Assembly (NCBI GenBank): GCA_011109175.1
Contig: RDEW01000052.1
Location: 93,001-126,000 of the forward strand
Origin: Dicyema japonicum
Lineage: Eukaryota > Animalia > Dicyemida
DNA length: 33,000 nucleotides
Direction of reading: 5' to 3'
A program made the translations under genes and the position numbers. The notes beneath the pieces were generated by a model that made no database searches, was not told where the DNA came from, and saw only the letters and a list, made by a program, of their open reading frames with translations. Of the stretch, positions 1-11,589 are shown in pieces (within the stretch, counting starts at the first letter, position 1; every line of letters begins with the position of its first letter).

Positions 1-249
1 CAACACAGTACTAACTCCGCGAACTGAGAGAACATTGAGTCAGGACCCCGAAATTGTGAATACAGGATCCAGACACAATCCTGTTTAAAAACATTAGATT
101 GATTCGACCAAGGCGTAGCAACTTGCAAGGTACAAAAAATAGTAGGAAATGGCCTTCGAAGTAAAAGAGCCAAGAGTGTGATCTTATAAGACAAGGAACT
201 CTTAATCCTTACATAAGATAGACAAATTAGGCAATTTCATTACCCGTCA

Positions 250-620
250 TAGAAACGCAGAACTCCATCATTCAGTCACGCCTGAGGGAATTGAACGAAT
301 TGGAGATATCAAGTTTCACAAGTTTACGCTTTTAAAATTATAGAAAAAGGTAAATAAACGTGTCGAATGAACGGCGGCCTCACAGCAGTGGGGTACACTA
401 ACACTCAGCTGTGTTGGAGATAACTCCTCGCCCAGACAGTTACGTATAAATTTCATTGAAAGCTTTGACTCTACATGACCCGACCGTAGACCATCAATCC
501 AACGCTGTTAGAGCTGTGAAGGGATCAAATTGTATTACCTCCCCTCAAACAACGGACACGGGGAGATTGCATAGGAGGTTACACACTTTATTTTAGAGTA
601 AGGAACTGTCCCCTCAGCTT
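250..620 (+). mobile_element. Highly degraded non-LTR reverse transcriptase remnant
   Basis: Broken motifs resemble RT subdomains: NWRYQVSQVYAFKIIEK (cf. NWRPISL..KI.EK), QQWG, and ataaatttcattgaaagctttgactct (cf. IDF.KAFDS, frameshifted). Confidence 0.35.
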
Positions 621-1488
621 TCATAATCAAAATCATAATCCACCAATGTAATAGATGATTATATAAGTTTATAGAAGGAATATGTACATTGATGAATATT
701 TCATTAATATTTATCATCATCAGGGACAATAGACATAGTTAATATTAATCATGCACTTTAACTGATAGGAACAACAAGAAAGTAACCACCAAAACGTGTG
801 AGAATAATATTTATTTTTTATTTAATTAATTAATTTATTTATTAATTATTATTTGAAGGAAAGAAGAGAGCTCAATATACTGGAAGGTCCTCATGAAAAT
901 ATCTAGTTCTTATAAATTTTTAGAAACAGGGAATTTACATTAATGATTGACGTTAATCTTCTAAATCTATTAGGCAAGCTTATTCGATCAACGGAATACT
1001 CGAGCAAGTAAATCCATATGCACAATCATGTTCACAGAGTCTGCAGTCAAAAGGAAACAGGACTAGCCTGTAATATTCATGATATTTATCGAGGTCTTTT
1101 ACTATTGTCTCTTGAAAATAGCAGATTGAACCTCGGTATTTGACAATGTCGTAGTAAATGCCTCATCGACCAGTCATTTAGCCCTCTGGAATCACTTTCT
1201 GATGTTTCAGGGGAACTTGTTCGAAAAGAAAGCGTGGAGCTGAGGACGTCGTACCTTTTGGTAGGAGGATATGCAAGTTGCATGAGAAGGAACGATAGGG
1301 GAATGTCTAGTGATGTTGGGGAATCATCACAACAAGATGGAGGAGGTGTAGATGTTCGTAATTGTCATCCGAAGTGACGGGAGACACATTGTTGATTCAA
1401 GAATTAGTGGAAACCCAGTCAAAGATCATTTTCAGTGCGACTGAGTGAGCTTTGTAATAATTCGAAAATAGACACTTTGAGGGTACGT

Positions 1489-2390
1489 AATATTATTATA
1501 TTATAAGCACTTATCGCTATGTCATAGGACTTGACAATGCATGTGCAACACGAGTTAGCAAATCACTGGTTAGTTTCATCCACTTCCTCCTATTCGAAGC
1601 CGCAGTGCGCAACCAGTCAAGATCCTCTCCACTTTTAAGATGCCGTCCCATTTCTTTGAGGTCCTCGTCGAGAACGACTGCCAGTGTCGTCCTTGGGCGA
1701 CCACGGAAACGGGGGGCCTCCAACATGAAGTAATCCTCCATGGCTACGTTCGCGGGGGCATCTAGGTCCAGTCGCAGAATATGGCCGAAAAGCCTCCATC
1801 GTGTATCCAGAATCTCATTAAATTTCTGAGGTCTTCGTCCTCTTATAAAAAAGATTAGATGAAATCCTCGTATCACTTCTTTCGAACATCATATGCCGTA
1901 GTTGGTCTCTATGAAACGCATTAAGCCTCTTCAGTTTATTTCTTGAGCAGGCCCAGGTACCAGCGTTATACAGTAGTATGGGTTTCACTAGCGAGTTGTA
2001 TAATCGAGTTTTTGTTATAATGTCAAGGCCCTTTTTGTGGAGCCAGGTTTAATCTGAAGAGGGCAGTTGTGCTAGGGTTTTCCTTCTCGTTATTTCTTCA
2101 TGGTCTCCTAGGAGGGAGCCAAGCTTTTTGCATTTGCGCCAGTATTCCTCCGTCCTTGTTTCTTCCCTCTTGAGTTCAGTTACGTCAGTCTTGTCCGGAT
2201 TTACTGTTAGGAACCATTCGGCTAGTCTTCTAGACACTTCTTCCATCAAGCAAGTGAGCGGTATTTTGTCGTTTGAAATAAAGTCTACGTCGTCAGCATA
2301 CGCAATAATGTTTGTCTTTTCACCCATTATCGGTTTTGACTCCCGTAAAGCAGCTTCAAGGTATATGACAAAAAGTATAGGTGATAATGG
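1489..2390 (-). mobile_element. 5'-truncated RTE-clade LINE (RT C-terminal half to 3' end), frameshifted
   Basis: LSPILFVIYLEAALR...AYADDVDF...LTVNPDKT...LGSLL; then KTRLYNSLVKPILLYNAGTW; then RWRLFGHILRL...RGRPRTTLAVVLDEDLK. Ends in aagtgctt plus a (TAA)n-like tail at about 1490-1510. Confidence 0.9.
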
Positions 2391-4198
2391 ATACTCAGCC
2401 TCTTGATAAGAACGATAACGTATATCTGGGGACAAATGGAAGTCAGAGTACGACAAAGGAGTCCAGGTTCCAAACGATCCTAACCCGACACCCTCAAATT
2501 TCGTTCATAAACCCCTTAACCTACCTCCATCCACCCTTCAAGCTCCGCCAAACTTACAACTAATGGAGTATTTCCTCACCCCTACCTATGACATTGACAG
2601 CCTTGACCAACTTTTCCTCTCCAAGTACAACCGCAGCAAAAGTATTTATATAAATTTAAACAGAAAGTGGGAAAATTGAGCCGAATTTATTTGAAGAGGT
2701 GATGGAACCGAACCCACGTGCTTTTTATGTGGCGGCAAAACAGGGGCCTTCAAGTCCGACGGGAAGGAGAATTGGTTCCATCTGAGCTGTGTTCTGTGGA
2801 TTCCCGAAGTCTCAGTCGCTGACCACGTGCTCATGGAACCGGTGGTTGGGATTGCGGATATCCCATCCAAGCGGTATGGCTTCAGCTCCCTCTGTCGACA
2901 ACTGTCGGGGGTTTGTCTACAATGTGCTGTGGAGAGTGTGAGACTGCTTTCCACCTGTCCTGTGCTTTCAGCCACAGCCTGGAGATGTTGACTATGGCGG
3001 AGGGGAGTGATGTGAGCCTAAGAGTATGCTCTTTTCTTATTGTAGGCGTACTGTAAAGTCCATACGGGGGATTTAGATCCCTCACTGGAAATAGGGGGTA
3101 TGTAAGATTTTCCAGCAGCTCTATCGCCAATAGAACTGTGAGGAGGTCGATAACAGTCAGTCTATGATAGAGTTCCACAAATTTGTGCACGTGGAGGACA
3201 TAGCTGAAAAATTATTTGTTCCATTGAAGGTGGTGGGAGACATTTGTGACTATTGAAGCTGAAGCGAACTGTTTGGGTTGGATTAATTTTAGGCGAACTT
3301 TTTTGTCCTTTACTCTCAGGAACGTGACCCGATGAGGGAGTACTACAGAAGGCAGTTCAGAGTGATTAAGCAGTCAATAAAGTTCAGACAGCAGTTGGAG
3401 TCGGTGAGGGTCTCCATTATTATAGGTCCGCAATGGCTTACTTGGTGGAGAAAAGGGAAAGGAAGAAGGCGGGGCTTGTGGAGACTGACTGGAACCTGTT
3501 CATGTACAGGGTCACCAATCCAGTCAGTTACAACCACTATGAGAGAATGAGTGCTCGTTATGTGACTCCTTATGATGGTCTGGAAGTAGACTGGAGAGAG
3601 AACCTATACGAGTTGTCCTCAGATCTTTCTGACTCGGAACCTACCAAACTTGCTTCCGTCAGCCAACTTCCTCCACCATTGCCAAACAGTTTAAAAGGCG
3701 ACAAAAACGGGTCAGTAATCGAACGGAAATGCCACCATTTCTTCTGTATTGTCTCCCGATGCTACTGAGTTTTCTGTTCAGCCTGGTGACCCACGTGATA
3801 GGGAAGATGTGAAGACATGTCACATGCCCACCATTTCTTCTGTAAACTCACTCAGTATTACTGAGCCGACTGTCCTGCCTAGTGAGCCACATAACTGGAA
3901 GGATACGTACGAATACCGTGTTGGAGTCCGAAGTTGATGAATCGACGGTTTTTTTCCGCCAAAAGAGTATCCTGTGGGATGAGGAATGTGTTGGAAAGAC
4001 GATACGTGGCTGATTTTCACAAAGGAATTGATGGAGGATGACAGTCATACGACATTGTTTGGGTATTCGTCTCCTAGTTATGCAACAATACCGATTGACA
4101 GTAGTTTGGTGGTTATCAACCGGAATATGGGTTACATAAGGAAGACAAAGTCATATGAGAAGAGGATGCTTGTTGAACAGGGACTGAATAGATTTTGA
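2390..4198 (+). pseudogene. JADE: JADE/PHF17-family (EPL1 + PZP zinc-knuckle/ePHD) chromatin factor, 5'-truncated, frameshifted, PHD1 deleted
   Basis: DTQPLDKNDNVYLG-DKWKSEYDKGVQVP (JADE hallmark W..E..KGVQVP), YDIDSLDQLFL, IEPNLFEEVME, CFLCGGKTGAFK...WFHLSCVLWIPEV, AFHLSCAFSHSLEM...AYCKVH, EFHKF...YWKLKR, QQLESVRN.AYLVEKRE. There are 22-nt GT-AG introns at 2642-2663, 3024-3045, 3271-3292 and 3404-3425, and at least 6 frameshifts. The 3' end is uncertain. Confidence 0.85.
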
Positions 4199-4579
4199 TT
4201 GTAAATATTTCACTCTTTACCTCTGTTAGGCATGATTTTTTGTACAGATAACTCGTAGTGGTTATGGTATTTACTCCTGGGATACTTCCATTGGGGTGAT
4301 TGATCTAATACTTCCTTTGATGGTCCCTATGTGGTGGTTTCCTATCCTTCCTCGCAGAATGGATGATTCGTCGTGAATAATTTTAGGAGAAAGAGTTCGC
4401 TAAAGGATGCGACAATATAAGAAACTGGGATCACTCCAATATTTTCTTTCATTGTGGTCCGAATAGTCTATTGGAACCTAACTTGGTTCACTATAAATCA
4501 CAATTTCTTGGTTTTAATGATTTATATAAATTAAACACTTTAAGCTATAAATCTTGATTTTTACTAACAAAGTTTTATG

Positions 4580-5660
4580 GCCAACTACTGATCTAGTTGG
4601 CTAATAAAATCTCATTCACTTCATGATCCGCTTTTTCGATTTTATGTGAAGAAAATAATTTTACAACATTAGTTCTGCACACGACTGCAAGGTGGCTCTC
4701 AAAGGGAAATTGTCTGAATCGTATTGTCTCTTTTTTGGACTCAAAAGTTTGTTTATGAAAGATAAAGGTTTCACTGAAAAACTTATTACTGCTAAAGCCG
4801 ATATTGGCTTATATTTTCGAGAAACTAAACAAAATTGACAAGAAATTACAAGGAAAAAATATAATTTCAAACCAGGAGGCTAAGTAATTTCAAACAAAGC
4901 AACTTTATTATATTAATATTGAACGTAATGAAATATCACAATTTCAAAATTTATCAAAAAATAAAGAGAGTTACAAGTTTACATATATCATCTTACAACG
5001 ATTATCCAAACACGATGTATTGATCTGTGACGGTTGCCGGGCCAGAGGCCTAAAGGTCGCTAGTTAGAATCCCGATACTGCACATTTGGTTGAATGATCC
5101 ACGCATCAATATGTTTTGGCTTGACTAGTGACGCCATCATCAGTTAACTTCACTTCTATAAAAGACACACCCAAGAAAAAGAAAACAAAGAAGTATAGAG
5201 CATTCCTTGATCTTCCCTCGATTAGCTATTATAACTGTTCTTTGCTTAAATAAAATCTGTGTTCTGCCTGAGGAGAGCTATAACTGATATGGCTCCTCGG
5301 AAAGTGCGGATATTATTATTATACATTGATCTCTTCAACAAAGTTATTCCGTCATGGATTGTTGATCTTTTCGATGTAAATCCTTCCACAGTTGAGATCG
5401 AGATACAAGAAGACATAATATTGCAATCTGGCAATTCAAGCCTTCGATAACCATCAAAGAAATTTTTGGATATACACTACCCAAACGAATATCCTAATCT
5501 GTGGATGAGAGCTCAATTTTTATTGTTCTTCCGTCAACCTATTTGGTGAAATATGGCTTCAGTAAAGTAGGATTAAAAAACGACGAATACACTTGATGTT
5601 GTCCATAGAGGTGATCTACGCTTATGGAATTGTCTCAATAAAAAATATTAATAATAACAC
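4580..5660 (+). mobile_element. hAT (Buster/Charlie-like) transposase remnant with an internal insertion at about 5000-5325
   Basis: LVLHTTARWLSKGNCLNR, FEKLNKIDKKLQGKN, ERNEISQFQNL, IPSWIVDLF...IQEDIILQ, and the hAT dimerisation region YPNLW...FPSTYLV..GFS...RGDLRL. Confidence 0.8.
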
Positions 5661-7645
5661 CATTTGGTAAATCCACCAGTGTTACAATAAAAAGAGAAAA
5701 AAACCAACCACAACACGAGGCCACTACACTCTGATAATCCGCTAGTGTGATAAAGGAACTGTGCTGTTAGTTGATGATAATTCTTCAATTTAATCTTTGA
5801 TGTTAATTGCATGTCGTGCAGTGGAAGGGTGAAGTGTGAGAGAGGTTCAATGCTCTTCCACAGTCAATGGGGTCATTTTTTGAATGGGTACCTGGAACTA
5901 CATTGACTGGACGTTTTCTTCCCCTCCTCTGGTTCTGATGGACATGTCCACTTAAAAGTGTTTGTCTCCCATTTTCTACAAACATGTGAACTGAATATTC
6001 TTAATACAACCGAATATGCTCAAGTTCATCGTATTTCATCCATGAGGACAAAGGATGAATTTACATAGACTACAAGCTAAGTATAGAAAATGGGGATAAT
6101 ATGTTCTATTTCGCAAATTCATAACTTCTGATGTCTCCCAATATCAGCTGTACGATTATCACAACAACTGCAGTTATATTTGTAAATAGAAAAGACTGAT
6201 CAGTTCTGTAACGCCGTTTTGAATGCCGCGGCCATGACGTCATCGGTTTCTTCCATTCTCCCTGTCGTTTCCAATGAGCTAGTTCATCCCATTGAGACCC
6301 TTCCGAACTTTTCATAAATTAGGACGACTGGGAGAGAAAGTCATGGTCGTTTCCGGAAGCAAAAGGCTTCGGACGTTAAGTGTCATCCAAGCTCTTGTAA
6401 TCACGTGTATGTTGCTTCTATACATTCCAGAATGTCCTCATGAGGATATTCCTCTATCATTTGACATCTGCGAAATGAGTTTAACCTCCAAGTCCAAGAC
6501 CGACTTAGCTAACGTACTTGAACTGTACTGCATCACTGATTTCTCTAATGAATCATAAGGGAGGACTTATTCTAATCATCAAAACCGCAGAACTAATAAA
6601 GTTTATTCGAATTCCTTTACTGACCTCTCTAAATCTCTCATCCATAGAGCCGCATATACACAGTAACCACGTGGTTAGGCATTTATTACTTAACCCAGTA
6701 ATAACCAAAATTTATTAAGAAAAGGACACAGCCATTAATCCCTGTTTCTCCCAACTGCCTACTCATCAAGAACTAAAGAAGACCGTGACCCAGACAAAAA
6801 AAGTTAAAAAAAGTAAGCAATGTAATGAAACAAATCAAGGAGTCCAAACAGCATCATTATTAATAGTAGGAGGAATATCAATCGCCACGCGGGAATATCA
6901 TGCTTTGGGTTTGTCTCATCATCAAAGTAGTCCTTTCTTAAATCATCTATATTGTAACTCTACTGTCATTACATACATCACCTTCAAACTATCATCTCCC
7001 TTTTCAATCACTGACGATTCTGGGTTCTCAATGATAACGGATTCCATAAGTTTAGAATCTTCGGTATTTTCAGAAATTACGGAATCCGTTAACATAGAAT
7101 TTACTCCTTTTCTCATGACTAGAGATCCGTGGGCTTAAGATCTTCTCTAGTATCCTCACAGCAGAGGATTGGTCCACCTTGGAGTCCCATCGTTTTTCCG
7201 TTATTGCGAATTTTGTGAGTTTGCGGTATTCTCGGATTGATATGTTTTTACAAAATTTGTTGAGTCGATTTTGAGACATGGCTAATCTAACCAGTTCAGC
7301 CCTCTTTTGTCGTCTTTCACGACTTCTAAGAATAAAAGCAATCAAGACAGTCTCATTCTCTCCATAATTAGTTCCTCCCGTCTTCTCTCACTCTTCTTAG
7401 CCTTCTCTAATAAATTCTTTGCCAGAGTGTTCGTTCTCTAATTCTCCCCCATTTTATCCCCCTTAGCCGCCTTCAATAACCTTGATCTCCTCAGTATCGT
7501 CTTTACAGTACTTCTAACAGTCGAACCAACAACACGTTGTTGCTCTATAATATAAACGACACAAACATTAACAAACAAATCAGGAGAGTTTAGTGACTAT
7601 ATATTAATAGAATAATTATTTCTCTGAGTATCCCCCAATAGTTGG

Positions 7646-8010
7646 TCATCCTTTGGCAATATTAAGAGAATCCACGTAAGTTACGCTGATATTTAGTCCT
7701 TTTGTGGAGATATCAGGCACCCCCACATGGTCTGTGCATTCAGAGTTGGTATTAGGAAGTATCACTTGGGTTGTGTTGACATTCTGGCCTTCTTGGAGGA
7801 TATTGGGAAGATCCACGTGGTCTGTAATGATTGTTGGTCTCTCTTTAATAATATTGGAGGAATCCAAGTGGGTCGTATCACTGGGTGACTTAGGATAATA
7901 TAATCTACTGTTTACTGTGGGGATATTGGTTTTCTCGTCTAACAAATCATTAATACACCTCAAACCTACAGTTTGGGAGGGCAGTTGATTATTGGGGAAT
8001 TCGGAAAATG
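7646..8010 (-). CDS. Unidentified ORF/exon with about 5 degenerate 13-18 aa repeats (T[DT]HVDLPNI..EG)
   Basis: Open frame AIEQPF...TTHLDSSNIIKERPTII/TDHVDLPNILQEGQNVN/TTQVILPNTNSEC/TDHVGVPDISTKGLNISV/TYVDSLNIAKG*. It is preceded by a possible short intron (gtatgggatattctagaag). No upstream exon could be resolved. Confidence 0.35.
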
Positions 8011-8164
8011 GTTGTTCTATAGCCTTCTAGAATATCCCATACCTTCCAATTCCATAGGTTAAATTTCCACATTGGAAAACTAAGAAACTACTTCTTTGGT
8101 AATGTTTGTATGAGATGATGGGTAAGGTTTGATTTTTAGAGGAATTCTGCTATTTTTATTCAAC

Positions 8165-8300
8165 AGACCTGTTGGTTATTATTTACTCCCGGTCCTTTCG
8201 AGTGAAAGAACCCGTGGCTAACAAAACCGTCACACCCAAGAGCGGACGCTCCCAGAGATCCGACACGTGCGTTTGATTTACGAATTAAGTAAATGACACA
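8165..8300 (-). mobile_element. 3' end of an I/R1/Jockey-like LINE (diverged copy of 30000-30100)
   Basis: Clear nucleotide similarity to 30003-30076 (gagtgaaagaa..gtgg.taacaaaacc...caagagcgga..ctcccagagatccg). The coding end GSLGASALG matches GSLGESALD. Confidence 0.6.
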
Positions 8301-8338
8301 ACCAACAACGAATACAAGAGAAAGTATTTGTGACAGCA

Positions 8339-8845
8339 TTAAACTCCAGAGTGATTGGGATAATTAACTGACTCTGTGTTCACCGTCCGAAAGTAAAAAA
8401 CGGCCAAGGATAAAGTCAAAACAGTGTTGACCAGCTGAAGAATCTAAAAAAGAAAAAATCGACTTACCCAGTAGAAAAACAGTATGGTGTGTAGCGAGTA
8501 CACCAGAATCACAAGGGTAATGATCAGTACGGCCGTATCAAACCCGAAGAATACGAAAAATATAGCTGTTTTCTAGATTTATACTATGAGAACTGTGATT
8601 GCTATTATCCGCTCCTTCCTTCTATCAAATTCAAACTCCTGGGTGATCACAAGGACGGTCATTGTCACAAACCGGAGTGATGTGAAGGCAAAAATAAATA
8701 GATTGGTAGCTGATATTTTGTAAAAAATAATGATGATTAATGACTCGAGAATTATGTTGATAATCTTAAATTAGTAATGCAATACGAGAGATATGAACTG
8801 GAAATTGTTCGAAAATGATTTCTGATTATTTTCGTTTGTTCTCAT
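8339..8845 (-). CDS. Orphan 146-aa protein with about 4 hydrophobic segments (4 exons)
   Basis: Exons 8845-8786, 8764-8594, 8572-8468 and 8443-8339. The phase-0 GT-AG introns of 21, 21 and 24 nt each carry an in-frame stop. Splicing gives an uninterrupted ATG-to-TAA frame. An AT-rich tract lies immediately upstream (8860-8945). Confidence 0.7.
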
Positions 8846-8984
8846 TTAAATATCTGGAACAATATTTATTCGAAATATTTTATTGTATGTTTTATAAAAA
8901 TAATTTAATTTAAATATTAATTATAATTTATTTAAAAATTTAAAAGACCGACTGTTGACATTGCATCATCTTCGGGATGGCTTG

Positions 8985-9680
8985 CAAGAGGGAATAATAG
9001 TCCAAGAGCCGAAGCTTTTTATTGCTTTTTACAAGTCCGAAATTTGTTTTTGTAGAAAAAGGATCGAATTGCAATCATTGTAAATCTTCCAAAAAACAGT
9101 CGATCATTTGGCAACGAGATGCAATAGGATGTTAAATATTGATTACATGAGGTGGTGAGGTGTTTTCGTTTAAACCTGTCTCGTAAATATGGAATTACAT
9201 ATTCAAAGAAACTGAAGACTCGCTCAGTCCAATCAATAGTCTCAACTGAGAATGTCGAGATCCGAGTTCATACGACGCTAATGACGGATGTCAAAGTACA
9301 GCATAACAAGCCGGACATATTTGTTTTTGATAAAAGGACAAGTGAGATTACTTTAGTAGAGGCTGGAGTCACTTCTCAGGGATGCTGAAAGTTGTTGAGG
9401 TAGAAAAACTTCACGAATATGACCTCCATGCTGAGAGTTGTCTCAACTATACAATGCGAAAGTTAAAATTATTCCTATCGTTTTGATTTGGGAGGGAATT
9501 GTAAGTTCTACAAGTCATAAATGGATGTTTTGGATGTGGATATAATTCCGAGGACATATACTCAATCTATCGTGTTAAGGAAAACTCTTGAAAGCATGTT
9601 AGTGGAGTACCGACATGTGATGAACTTTCATGAGAGTAATGTTAGTGAAGTCATTCATTTCCCACAACGAGGATGACGGA
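8985..9680 (+). mobile_element. RLE-type (NeSL/R2-like) non-LTR retrotransposon C-terminus, copy 1, frameshifted
   Basis: GWLARGNNSPRAEA..., C..C...KTVDHLATRC (CCHC knuckle), VVRC, HNKPDIFVFDK...LVEAGVTSQ (PD..E RLE motif), RTYTQSIVLRKTLES. Confidence 0.85.
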
Positions 9681-9721
9681 ATCGTGTCTATAGAACAACA
9701 ATGCTGGAGTGAAGATGAGTA

Positions 9722-10060
9722 ATCGAAGTGGGTATTACCTCTCAAGACCGACTAAAGCAAGTTGAGAATCTTCACAAATATGACTTTCTTGCAAATGAAC
9801 TTTCGCTGCTCTATGAATGCCAAGTGAAGATTATTCCAGTGGTTCTGACATGGGATGGAGTTGTCTCAATATGCTTCAAGAATCATATGGATAAATTATC
9901 TATTGAAGAATCAACGAGGACTTACATCCAATCGGTTGTGCTGAAGAGAACGTTCGAAAGTATGCTCATTGAACATAAGCATGGGATGAAGGTATACGAT
10001 GAAGAGTACGCCTCTGCTACCTCCCAACTTGTGGAACTGGAACTTCTAAGAGAAGAATAG
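9722..10060 (+). mobile_element. RLE-type non-LTR retrotransposon C-terminus, diverged copy 2, in tandem with copy 1
   Basis: GITSQDRLKQVENLHKYDFLANEL...VKIIPVVLTWDGVV...RTYIQSVVLKRTFES parallels the distal half of copy 1. Confidence 0.85.
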
Positions 10061-10519
10061 GATAGGGTTTTGAAAGATATTTTATTGAATAAGGGACAAT
10101 ATCGATACCATTGATATCTATCGTGGAGTTTAGGCTATAAGTTATGGATTTTCATCAATTTTTCAGAAAAACGTCAAGAGATATGTGCGTGAGCTTTGAC
10201 ATCACCACAGCGTAAGGAGGACCCAATAGGAAAAGGGGAGAAAGTCTTTTGTGGTTATGTAAGGCAGAAAATCTACACTTACCGAAAGAGGTGACAACAT
10301 TGAAAGGACGATTTAAAAATTCAAACTCTATATTTAAGAATCATCATCATGCTCTCCTGCAAGGAATCCCGCTACATCAAAAATCGACACTTGGTGATGA
10401 GATCTCAGGTCGACTAAAATTGTCAATTGTAACTGAATATTTATCCACTTTTTTCATTGATGATTCTCAAATTCTTATTATTTGCAATTTTTAATAAATT
10501 ATTTAATTTAGGATAGAGA

Positions 10520-10966
10520 AGCATTTTGTTGAAAGTTCGATCTGCGTGTATCAAGGACACTCTTTTATCAAAGTTGCTTCACTATAATGAGAATATTCGT
10601 TTCCACGACCAACTATCTCAATACCCTTTGTGAAATTTAGTCACGATGTCTCCTCCAAACTCATCTTATAAAGAATAACGAGGAGTTTGATATGTTATCT
10701 CCAATTCTCATATTTCGTACCCATCTCCACAGTCTTCAAATGCTCATGGAAGTAATATCCAGCATAGATACGTCCACTGATAACTTGTAAAGTCTAATAG
10801 GCAATTATATTGAGAACTGTAGATCGGAGACAGTATTCGTAAGAGACATCACCTGAATCACAATAAAAGACGAACCATAAATCACAAAGAATTCAAACCT
10901 TGAATGTTCGACATTTAACGATGCACACAAGAAAATAGACATGTAGACATATGAAAATAGACACAT
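10520..10966 (-). CDS. Candidate small secreted-protein gene with tiny introns (3' part not resolved)
   Basis: ATG at 10966 follows an AT-rich tract. The N-terminus MCLFSYVYMSIFLCASLN is hydrophobic. Introns gttcgtcttttattgtgattcag (23 nt) and gttctcaatataattgcctattag (24 nt) keep the frame. The downstream exons need a one-base frame correction. Confidence 0.4.
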
Positions 10967-11069
10967 AGTAAAAAGAATTCAAATTGAAAAAAAGTTATAA
11001 AAATCAAAAATAATAACAACAAATTATCAAAAATTAATTATTCTGCCTTTTAAAAATTCTGTTTATAAG

Positions 11070-11520
11070 GTCCCACGCTGGCGAAAAGATCCCTTTCATT
11101 ATTCAGAGTATTTCAAATACTCATAATGTTTGCTTTCAATTTATCCCTCTTTGAAGCACGTGGTCGTATCTTATCCAGCCTTGCTTTAATTATAGAAAAA
11201 AAACATTTTCTATAGCATTGAGTTCACAATCCGAAAGGGATCCAATTTTTTTTGTTCGGATTAATGCGGGTTCACTGTATTCTATTTTTGTGTCCGAAAT
11301 GATCCCACAAAGACATTTTGTCCCTTTGATGCAGGATGATGTAATGTTGGTTCAATGTTAATGGGAGAATACTCATCAATTGTCGATGTATGTAAATTAA
11401 ATCCGCTTTCATTTAGAAATAGCATGTTTCTATCTCCGAAGTGAATTATGTTTTGCGAAAAAAATTGTCTCGCATGTTAATTTTTCTCAGATGTCGTTGT
11501 CACCGACACAATTTTTCGAG
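11070..11520 (-). mobile_element. Tc1/IS630-like transposase remnant, internally deleted
   Basis: MLFLNESGFNLHTST..YSP...PASKGQNV...IIS is joined directly to ELNAIENVFSIIKARL; the second Asp region is missing. Confidence 0.7.
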
Positions 11521-11589
11521 GACCTTGATCAATTTTCCTCATTCATACCCAGGACGTGAATGCACGTTAACAATTCTGGCACAAAGCCA

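Noticed and set aside
850-1400. Possible micro-intron gene
   Set aside because: Several GT-AG segments are present, but every splice combination I tried hit early stops and gave no recognisable protein.
2128-2406. Listed ORFs antisense to TE coding regions (also 23401-23589, 25335-25715, 26749-26982, 30125-30346, 30815-31180)
   Set aside because: They are shadow frames of RTE, CRE, MULE or I-like sequences on the opposite strand.
3254-3256. TGA read as Trp (alternative genetic code) in JADE YWKLKR
   Set aside because: The downstream KLKR is in another frame, so this is a one-base deletion, and Eph uses TGG for Trp and TGA as stop.
4040-4420. PWWP domain (YDIVWV) or extra exons after JADE, with intron-like 4201-4229
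   Set aside because: The motif is too short, stops occur in all frames, and no consistent model could be built.
6000-7560. LINE 5' half (ORF1 plus APE start TLNVRSL) on the minus strand
   Set aside because: Only one short motif supports it, and the ORF 7070-7345 has no recognisable domain.
8187-8270. Hammerhead or HDV-like ribozyme in the conserved hairpin region (also 30003-30076)
   Set aside because: There is no CUGAUGA/GAAA core and no nested double pseudoknot, and the candidate catalytic GGCTAA is GGATAA in the second copy. It is better explained as a LINE 3' UTR structure.
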